In this document: piece by piece, positions 38,089-47,673 of the stretch
How the letters are laid out: every line of letters begins with the position of its first letter
Position numbering within the stretch: position 1 is the first letter of the stretch
Assembly (NCBI GenBank): GCA_043228905.1
Contig: JBHGNT010000011.1
Coordinates: forward strand, 11,222,001 to 11,286,000
Source: Azolla caroliniana
Taxonomy: Eukaryota; Plantae; Polypodiophyta
Length of the DNA: 64,000 nt
Reading direction: 5' to 3'
Made by a program: the position numbers and the translations under genes
Notes under the pieces: generated by a model
Databases searched by the model: none
The model's input: the letters and a program-made list of their open reading frames with translations, nothing else
What the model was told of the DNA's origin: nothing

Positions 38089-41000
38089 ACTTGTGTCGTG
38101 CCTTTCGGCTCCGGATCGTTGCGTGAGTCGGGTGGGAACCGCTGGGGTTTTGGACTAGGAAGAGGAGAGTTTTAAGGCTAATAAGAATATAAATATGTTG
38201 TAAGAAAGAGTTATAGCAAACTCGTGAATCCCACGAGTGTATTGTATTAGATTAATCAATATGAATATAAGAATATAAACTTCGGTTGAAAGAGAATGAT
38301 ATAGAATTCTCGTGAATCCCACGAGTATAGTTTATTAATTGGTGTTTTTTAGAAACATATCCAGTTTCCAAATATTTTTCACACACAATTACATTGTGCT
38401 CCCCATCCTTATGTAGTGATGGGAGAGACTAAGCATAGCTACATGTTTTTTTTCTAATATGTTCATGCACACTAAATGTGCATGTGATGCTTTTCTAATC
38501 CTTGCTTTTATTTGCTAAATATAGTGCTCATGCACGCTAGATGTGCATGAGTCACTTTTTAGTCGCTTGCGTTTTTCTATAAAATATTCACGCACTCTAA
38601 AAATACATGATTTACCTTTTAATAAAGGTAGGCGCAAATAAAGCACTTATAGTTATTAAATCTATTTATAGAACACTAAAGATAAGGTAGTGTAATGGTA
38701 AAGTTGAGGTTTGGCTACGTGGAGGTACAAGGTTCGAATCTTGCCCTATGCACGTGATAAATATCTTGATATATTATTTTATTTATTTATATGTAATTAA
38801 ATCGGTTATATTATTTTTACTTTTTCACGTAGTGTACGAAATACACTACGACACCGTCACTATGTGCGGATCGTGAGACGGAACCGCCGAGGTTATGGAC
38901 TGGAAGGAATTAGTACACACATGCACAACACAAGCAAGATTCACATATAAGATAAGTAGATGAGAGGAAACATTCGTTTATTGCAAAATAAATCGATTCT
39001 TTATAAACTTAGAATCATGTTACAATGGATTGGATATGAAAATGAGAGATAAATCTTTTAAAGAAAGGAGCTAACATCCATATAAGGAGTGGTCCAATAT
39101 GAATATGAGAGATTATTCTTGAAAGGAAGGAGCCAACAACCATGTAAGGAGTAGTCTGATATCAATATGAGAGAGATTTCTTCCCCCAAGGAATGAGAGA
39201 GAGAAGAAGAAAAGAAAAGAAAAAACTAGAGGGAAAAAATGGAACTTATATCGAGCTCTTTGTTGATCCCCCTTCTCAATGTTACTTTGCATGTCCACTT
39301 TTAGTTGCATGGCCTTGGCTTTTAGTTGCATGCGACCGTCCGTATAATTCGGCCAAATGACCCAATCATCCATAAAGTTTAGCCCGTGCGCAATCCGTAC
39401 GTGCATCGCAATCAAACCGTAGACGTGTCCGCGCGCAAAAGTCCTGACCCATCCGTGCGCTCATCCGTCAGAGCGTCCCAGGAGGCCGTGCACGTGCGCG
39501 TTCGTCCGAAACATCCACACGGCCATGCACACTTACACTCGAAACTTGCACATGCGCATATGTCCGAAAACATCCACACGGCCGTGCACACGTGCGTACG
39601 CCTGAAATGTGCACACCACATAGTGTAGCCCAAGTCACCTTGAACATTCTGTCCTCCACACGTTAATATAATGAATAGGTTTTGGCTTTCTATATATATT
39701 GGGGAATCCAATGTTATCCTATCTACGTGGGATATCTCACAGTTTTGTTTTTTTCCCCTTTTCTCTTCAAACTTCTCACTCACATAACGTGATGCTTGTT
39801 TATCCATTTCATGCGTAGGAAAATACGTTATGAAGCTCTTGAAGACATCTATCTTTCCATATCAATACATTAAGCTAATCTTAAATAATTATTTTACTAG
39901 TTTTTATATCGTGTGGGAAAAACCACATGACAACGTCTCAAACATCTGGTATCAGAACTTGAGGCTCTTTCCATTCTGCTGTTGTAGTCTATCTAGTTTC
40001 TATCAGCAACACTTCTTCTGTACATCGTGAAGATGTCATCTCGGTTGGCAACTCTCTACAATATCATTTTCGTGAAGAGAAACGTTGACAAAATCTGCAC
40101 TCCACTATTCTAAATCACCATTGAAGTGAGCCAACTGGCTGCACTTCACTCCTGTGATTGTCGCCACTCAGAGTGAGATTTTGCTTCACAAGCTCTGCCT
40201 CAGTGGAACTACATTGGATTAGACAACAATCGAATAGGTCACCTCACGTTAGTCACTCGCTTGTCGTAATCACTCGTAGTTGTCTGGGCTCCAAGAACAA
40301 TCCCCTTCCGTGCTTCATTCGGCTAGAAAACATTAAGAAAGATTGGTTAAATTTGTTCTTCTCATTGTCGTAGTCACTTGAAGCATAATCATGATCACTG
40401 ATGATGTTGTTGGGAAGACCATGGTGCCAAAATACTTCGCGCATAATGATACATGTGGTGTCTTCACTAGTGATCTCTTTAGTACAGGGAAAGAAATGCG
40501 CCATCTTAGTATATCGATCAACCATTGTTAAGATGACGTTGAAGCCCTTAGAATCTGGAAGATTTGTGATAAAATCCAAAGAAATGGATTGCCATGGCTT
40601 GCTTGGGATCGGTAATGGCTCCAATAAACCATATGGATGATGTCGGGGCATCTTTGCCCTACAACAAGTATCACATGTCCGAACATAGTCTTCGACAAAT
40701 CTTCGTATATGGGGCCACCAGAATGATTGGGTTACTAAATCCAATGTTTTAGTACTACCAAAATGTCTAGCTATGTATGTACCACGACAATTTTGTATGA
40801 CCCAAAGGCAAGATGGACCATTGGGAACATAATAAAGATTTTTAAATAAGACTAATCCATCATGCCATTTGAATTGCCAATAATCCGTACTTGGTTGTTG
40901 TGACTGTGAACAGGATGCTCAAGTGGGATCAATCCGATATAGGATATCTTGAGCAAAGACATATGTCTTCAAATTTTGACGTATTATATCAATAATGTTG

Positions 41001-43321
41001 GAATCCAATGGAGTATCAAAAACCAAAGTTGCTTGCAATTGTGTCAGACCCAGGATTACCTGTTTTTGATTATCGAAGATCGGATCACTAGGACAAGGTG
41101 CTAGATATGAGCGTCGTGATAATGCATCTGTCTTCCCTTGCTGCTTACCCGAACGATATGTAATCTTGAAGTCAAAATGAGTGAGAAACTGGACTCGTGG
41201 AGCTTGTCGTCTAATTAATACACAAGCATTATGGAAATAGACAAGATTCTTGTGATCACTGAATACAATGACTTGATGAGGAGATCCTTGTAGGAAATGC
41301 CTCCATTGTGTAAAAGATTCCACTATAGCTAATAATTCCTTGTCATGTACCTCGTTGTTGATTTCAGCAATGTCAAATTTGCACGTGGAAAGCCACAAGA
41401 TTTAGCTTCTTATTGTCGCCTTGGTGTGACAAAATACTACCGAGTGTGAAATCCAATGAATCTACTTCAATGATAAATGGTTTTTGTGGATCAACATGAG
41501 CTAGAATAGGAGCTGATGTAATGCTTTCTTTAGATCCACAAAAGTAGTATCTGCTGCATTAGTCCAAAAAAATGATTGCCCATTCTTTGTGAGTTGTGTG
41601 AGGGGCAAAATAAGCTTCGAGAAGTCTTGTAGAAACTTGCGATAAAAATTCGCGAATCCTAAAAAACATTGCATGTCTCGCAATGATCGTGGAGTCTACC
41701 ACTCTAACACTGTTTGGACCTTAGCTAGATCCATAGAGATTCCTTCAGAGGAGATGACATAGCCTAGAAATTCCACTTGTTTACAATCAAAACTACACTT
41801 TTCGAGTTTTGCATAAAGAACATGATCTCGTAGTCGTTTTAGTACTAATCATACATGAGAATCATGCTCCTCCTATGTTCTTGAATAAATTAATAGATCA
41901 TCCAAGTAGATTATCAAACAAATGTTCAAAGATATTGAAATATATCATTTGCCATGTGTTGGAAGACTGTTGGTGCACCATTAATCCTTTCTAAAAAGAC
42001 TCGAGATAAGGGGAAGTGCATACCTATTCCTGATGGTGAACTTATTAAAGCCATGATAATCTAGGACTAGACGAAGTGATCCATCCTTTTTCTTTACAAA
42101 CAAAATAGGTGCGATGGCTGGAGATTTTGAGTGTCGAATGAACACATTTGCCAAGTTTTCCTTTATGTAGGCTCAAAGAACTTCAAGCTCGGTTGGTGAC
42201 AAGTTGTAGATCGGTCCCCATGGTGGATCTTTTCCTAGTGGTAAATCAATGGGACAATCATACGATCGATGTTGAGGAAGAGTAATTGCTTTTAGCTTAT
42301 AAAAAACGTCGACATAATGGTGATACTTCTTTGGTAGTTGGATTGTTGACTCCTCCTTAATGATACTAGAAGGTTTCACTGATACTACAAATACAAACAT
42401 TGGTTCCTTTCGTCCTTCCTCATGCAATTGATGTAGTAAAATGGTTGAAATTCTATGAGTGGATGCTTGGGGTTGACGATACCAGACTTCTCTTGTTCTC
42501 CAATCGATTTCGGGATTGTGTAATTCGAACCATGGCAACCCCAAAATAATTGGATGCTTTGAACTACTAATTATATTAATTGATAGGGAAAAGTACTAGG
42601 ATACCCCTGGAAGTTCTAAATTTACCAGAATGCCCCTGGAAGTTCTAAATTTACCAAACTACCCCTATGTCCAAAAAAATACACTTTATAAAGTAATTAT
42701 ACACTCAAATCTACAAGTCCTATTTACCATAATACCCTTCAAACATAAATTTCTTTACTTAAACAACAGTGTGCGAATACATTAAGAAATATCCTACGTT
42801 AACTATTGTTTTTTGTATCTTCTCATTTTCAATGGTTAAGTCAATACAAGTCATCAGATCGTGACAATGATGGTAGAGATCATTCGAAAAGGTATTATGT
42901 GGTTACCAGCTTTGGCACATTTGCTACTATCATGTCTATGTTACATTTACAAATAAGACCATAGTAGCTATTAATTGCCATAGAATTTCTTCATAGCCAC
43001 GAGCATAAGCAATTCCCACAGTTGTTAACCCCGTATCGCTGTTGGGGACACCTGAGCTCTCTAGCAGTGATGAGCATGGCAAGGTGGCACAAGAAAGAAC
43101 GCATGGGATCTCATCCGCTGCGAGGATTTATTAGGCATACTCAAAGTTGTTGGGGCATGACCACATCCATAGCTCAACAGAGTAAGAAGCCCCCTCCTGT
43201 CTCCTTCTTCTTTCTTTCATTCATTTATTCATTCATTCTTTCTTCATTGATTTGATTAATCCATCATGTCTCCAGGCACGTACGCTGTACATTCAAAAAT
43301 TCGAGGGGCAGGGCAGGATCA

Positions 43322-45300
43322 ATGACCATGCCATCCCGCCGCCTGTTGTTGTCGATGGTGATGATGGTCGCCATCACTATTGCCTTCATGGTTAACCCCT
43401 CCCCCTGCGCTTACTAGAACGTCACCACCCTCCTCTGAAACCACCCTACCTGCAGGTCCTTCAACACCTTGTTCTCCAGCTATGGCGTTGACAGGAACCG
43501 CACGCTCCCTATACGCAACGCTCGGCCACAACCGAGCTTAGAATCATACACAGAAAATGGGAAATAAAGAACGACACGAAGAAGAGACAAGTACGCAGGA
43601 TGTTTACGTGGAAAACCCAAACTAAGGGAAAAACCACGGCAGCCCACAGGCTGCAAACTATCACTATGTTAGAATGTACAACAGTGAGTTCACGGAGGCA
43701 ACGACCTCGTGCTCACGATCCTCGCCACAGGCGGTGGTTACAACAGAGGCAACGACCTCTTTCTCTCTCTCTCTCTCTCTCTCTGTACACAGTTACGCGC
43801 TCTCTCTCTCCTTGCACCAACAAGAATGACAACAACCACATCAAAAGGTTTGCCCTAAGTCATATTTATACTAATATGACTTTGCGGCTATTTACAAATA
43901 TAGCCACGATGGACTCTCAGAGACATATTCACAAATATGTCTCTTCATCCGGAGAGCACTCCTCACCGGGTCTGCACCATCCGGTCCTCCGTAGCCGAGT
44001 ACTCCTCATCCGGTTCTCACCGGGTTAGTACCATCCGGCTCTCCGTAGCCGGGTACTCCTCATCCGGTTCTCACCGGGTCTGCACCATCCGGCTCTTCGT
44101 AGCCGGGTACTCCTCATCCGGTTTTGGCCTCGGTCGAGTTTGTTCATCGACACTGTTCTTCTCCCTTTCCATCCAGAGGGACCTGTCTCCCAACAGGCGT
44201 CGCCTCTGCCATCAATAGTCGCACCACAATCACTGTGCTCTGCCCCCCCAATGCCGCCACCGATGCGTTCTTCTCCGCCTCCCGCCTCTCCGACGACCGT
44301 GAGACTGTCTTCAACGTCCTAAGCTTCCATGTCCTGCTCGATTACTCTGATCCCTCTCTGATGGCTCTGCAATCATCACCACGCTCTTCTAGACCACTGG
44401 CCTCTCGGCCGGACTCAACGGCTTCCTCAACCTGACCACCCTAAGTAATGGAACCACGCTCCTCCGCTTTGCATCTGCCCCTCCCGAATCTCCGCCACTG
44501 GCTTCTGTGTTGGGCTCTCTAGAGAGCTTCCCTTTCAACATAAGAACACTCTCCATCTCAGTTGTGCTTACACCCATGGGAGCTTCCCTTCCACCACCAT
44601 TGCCAGTCAATGTCACATACGTCCTTGCTCAATCAGGGGCAGGGAATTTATCCACCTTTGTCTCGTTGCTAGTATCATCTAGGGTTGATAAGATCTTCCA
44701 ATTCCATGATTCATCACTAGGATTGACAATCTTTGCACCCACCAACAGTGCATTCGATCGCATGTATGGATCGATGGTGTATGCCAGCCTCTCCATGACT
44801 CGGAGGGTCTCGCTTCTCGAGTTCCATGGGACCGCTTCATTTTTCCCCACACAAGAGTTGTTGGGTTCCGCAGGGTCCCAGCCCACCCTAGCTACCACAT
44901 CAGGCAATGTTGATTATAAGGTCTCTTCGACTCGATCGACAAAGACTGGTGTAGTTTCAATCATAACCAATGGCAATGGAAACCCTGTCCCGATAATGGG
45001 AACGCTCTACTCTAGCAATCCCGTGTCGATCTTCTCCATTGATTCGTTGCTCCTTCTTGCTGAAATCTTTTCATTGATTGTAGCATCGCCACCTTTGTCC
45101 ATAACATTAGCCCCAAGACCTAGTGGACTTGCATTGTCTCCGCCTGACTCAAGTTCGGCTATTTTGCAAGTGATGTCTCTGGCATCGGCTTCGGCCCCGG
45201 CAATGCAAACTCCTAAATTATCGAGACCTGCATCATCACCACCAAGTTATTCGCCCCTTACTCCACCTGCAGACAAACATGGCCTCGACAGTGTTTCACA
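43322..45300 (+). pseudogene. Captured fasciclin-like arabinogalactan protein (two FAS1 domains, FLA1/2/8/10-type) pseudogene
   Basis: Signal peptide MTMPSRRLLLSMVMMVAITIAF, *NVTTLL*, INSRTTITVLCPPNAA, FHVLLDY, TTLF*TTG..GFLNLT, second domain GLTIFAPTNSAF...LEFHG, Pro/Ser/Ala tail. Premature TAG/TGA codons, a frameshift and an LTR insertion. Confidence 0.88.
43489..44195 (-). mobile_element. Solo LTR (707 bp), Copia-like, inside the FLA pseudogene
   Basis: TG...CA ends with 5-bp TSD GGCGT (43484-43488 / 44196-44200). Motif tttacgtggaaaaccc...gggaaaaaccacgg; about three 60-bp tandem units at 43945-44123. Confidence 0.9.
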
Positions 45301-46065
45301 ACTAAAAGTTGTTGGGGCAATTCCATTTTCATCGCCTCCTCCCTTCGTCCCAGGCATATCTCCTTCTTCTTTAGGGGCAATATCGACAGAAAACGAAATC
45401 TTTTCTTGAAATATCTGAGCAATGCATACAGGGAGGATTAAGCCATTCTCAGCGTAGCTATTTCCAGTACGGAGAGGAATATGAAACGCTTCAATTTCTT
45501 CTCCTTGAGAACAACCTTGTTTACCATGAAAGGATCTTACTTTATCTTACAATTCAGCTTCTCCTCATATAGTTCACCATTTACTTCTGCATTGCGTTTG
45601 AAGGGTATTCTGGTAAATAGGGCTTGTAGATTTGAGTGTATAATTACTTTATAAAGTGTATATTTTTGGACATAGGGGTAGTTTGGTAAATTTGGAACTT
45701 TCAGGGGTATTCTGGTAAATAGACGAACTTCCAAGGGTATCTTGGTACTTTCCCCTAAATGATATTGCCCATGCCAAATTATCTAGGACAACATGAACCA
45801 GTTTGGACTCTTTTACGATATTTCCAGAAGCAATGGGGTGACCATCAATGACTACTACAAAAGCTAGGCAAGGAAGCTTTCTTAGGGATATCTGATGAAC
45901 TTGAGGCAAACTTTTTATCCATGAAACAAGAATGAGCTCCGGTTTCTAAGAGTGTTAAGACATGTACTGGAGGGTTACTTATAGTACTAACTTTTACTTG
46001 AGCTAAGAACACCTTGCTAACTTGCTTAGAAGGAATGGAACCACAAATGGGTTGCACAGATCTAG

Positions 46066-46781
46066 GGTTGTCCAACCAAACGATTCATATTTTCGGCTGG
46101 AACTTCCTCTACATTTCCAGATTCATAATGTCTTCCATGCCTCTCTCCTTGAACCTCATCATCCATCCACTATTCCTGGAAGACACTCTCCACTCTCCAC
46201 CTCCACCTCCAATCGAGCTTTCCACAGGTGAGGAGTATGAGGTTGAGAAGATTCTAGACTCTTGTCGACATTGACGACAACTTCAATATTTGGTCCTCTG
46301 GAAAGGGTATCCCATTTTCGAGGCAACTTGAGAACCAACCAACACTTGGAAAATGCATCGGATGTTGTTCATGCATTTCATGACCAATATCCACAAAACT
46401 GGGGAGGCATCTTAAGGGCCGGCCTTAGTGAAAGGATAGTGTCATGGACATGACAATAGTCATGTCATGAATTCGAACTCTTGGCCTATTGTATTATAAT
46501 CAAATGATGTGTTTTAACCAACACATTCAATACATGGTCATGTTACTTTAGTAGATTATTAGTAGATTATCTATTCCATATGCTAGGAGATGCTTCCAGA
46601 AGCTTGTGCATGAAAATGAGTCTCTACTGCATGAAACTACATTTAGAGCCCACAAACATGTATAAATACAGGGGATTCACCTTGACCATATAATTCAGGG
46701 GGTTTACCTTGACCATATGGTCAAGGTGAAAAACACCAATTATAGAATCCAATATTTTGCTTGTCTATCTCTTGCTTCCTT

Positions 46782-46821
<40 letters not shown>

Positions 46822-46890
46822 AAGTGTCTTACCTTTCACCTAGACTTGTTTTGCTAGACTTGTTTTGCTCTACTGTATCTGTCTGTGACA
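46066..46890 (+). mobile_element. Chromovirus 3' end: integrase C-terminus, chromodomain, PPT and 3' LTR (46440-46890)
   Basis: FRLELP...IHNVFHASLLEP, EEYEVEKILDS...QYLVLWKGYP...AT*EP, purine tract gaaaggatag, LTR with TGTCA...TGACA ends, TATA and (CT)n. Confidence 0.85.
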
Positions 46891-47512
46891 ACATGCAATT
46901 TTGAGCATGCATGCTACACGAGCGTAACCAACCAGCAACAGAACATGGGTGGGCGGACACATTACCGGTGGCCCGATGACAAGTTTCCTATGGCCAATGA
47001 ATGGGGTGGGTGTTGCGCACACGCACAGACACACAGACACAGACACACATGCATATTGATTTGGTAGTGGCAGGTAGGCCGCGTGTTCCCCACCCGCCAA
47101 CCGGCCGGCCATTTTCCGGCTCCGGCGGCTACCGTGACACGTCAAGATGTGATTGTGATGTCTCGTCCGGCCTCCTTCCTTTTTGCCTTCCCTTCCTTTT
47201 GTCCTGTTTACGATGGGATGGGGATGGGAGACGCCATGCCGTTTTGGCGCGAAGCAGAAGCAGAAGCAGAAGCAGAAGCATTTCCCATGAAGGATCAGAG
47301 TAATTGTATGTATGTATGGCCATAGCCCGCGCTTGGCTTGCTCGATAACGCAGAAGAAGAGAAGGGAGAACGAAGCTTCGAAGGACGGACGGAAAGCAAG
47401 CACGCGGAACTGGAAGAACTAGACGAAGCAGCAGCAGCAGCATAAGTAGTAGTAGTAGTAGTAGTAGTAGAAAAAGAAGAAGAAGCAGAAGCAGAAGGTA
47501 AAATAGCGGGTA

Positions 47513-47628
47513 ATGGATAAAAAACAGCGAAATGGATTAGAGGTGACACGCATCGGCAGTCTGTACCAAGGTCCATGGGAGAAGAAGTACTGGAGTAGCT
47601 CTCGAGTATGACTTCCTTCTCCCTCTCC

Positions 47629-47673
<45 letters not shown>

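Larger units (their letters stand above)
35407..38853 (-). mobile_element. Intact non-autonomous (gag-only) LTR retrotransposon, 3447 bp, tRNA-Trp-primed, Ty3/gypsy-like
   Basis: 760-bp LTRs at 35407-36166 and 38094-38853 (one mismatch seen), TG...CA ends, 4-bp TSD CCGT, PPT (ggagggggcgag on minus) at 36167-36178, PBS 38071-38088. No pol domains. Confidence 0.95.
35391..39932 (-). mobile_element. Solo LTR (about 1.1 kb: 35391-35406 + 38858-39932) related to the Trp-primed family, split by the gag-only element
   Basis: TGTCGTG...CATGACA ends with flanks GCGT/ACGT. Shares ggaaccgc..g.ggtt.tggact with the U5 end of the Trp-family LTR. Terminal hairpin tcgtgtgg-gaaaaa-ccacatga. Confidence 0.8.
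35069..39958 (+). mobile_element. 5' LTR (about 35069-35390 + 39933-39944) and tRNA-iMet PBS of an LTR element, split by two nested insertions
   Basis: TGTTGA...TCAAACA ends, tatataaa at about 35180, (CT)n tract, then TGGTATCAGA(A)C at 39947-39958 (canonical iMet PBS is TGGTATCAGAGC). Confidence 0.7.
42586..45755. mobile_element. Pack-MULE (non-autonomous Mutator-like element carrying a host gene copy)
   Basis: TIRs of about 155 bp (gggaaaagtac... from 42586; ...gtactttcccc ending 45755). 9-bp TSD TAATTGATA/TAAATGATA. The gypsy protease frame is continuous across the insertion. Confidence 0.92.
40383..46065 (-). mobile_element. Ty3/gypsy chromovirus (Tcn1-like) pol remnant PR-RT-RH-INT, interrupted by the MULE
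   Basis: Protease LLETGAHSCF...IILGLPWFELHNPEIDW spans the MULE. RT PPWGPIYNLS, LDD; RH HDKELLAIV, SDHKNL; INT FWWP...CDTC...PWQSISLDFI...VDRYTKMAHF...HGLP..IISD. Many stops and frameshifts. Confidence 0.9.

Noticed and set aside
43945-44123. CRISPR-like repeat array
   Set aside because: Contiguous 60-bp tandem units without unique spacers, inside a eukaryotic solo LTR.
46870-47500. Several overlapping ORFs upstream of the FYR/WD40 gene
   Set aside because: GC-rich promoter/5' UTR with (GCAGAA)n, (GCA)n and (GTA)n microsatellites generating low-complexity frames.
47577-47623. miRNA-like hairpin (gggagaagaagt...acttccttctccc)
   Set aside because: Short stem spanning the exon 1 donor and explained by GA/CT-rich composition; no match to a miRNA I recognise.
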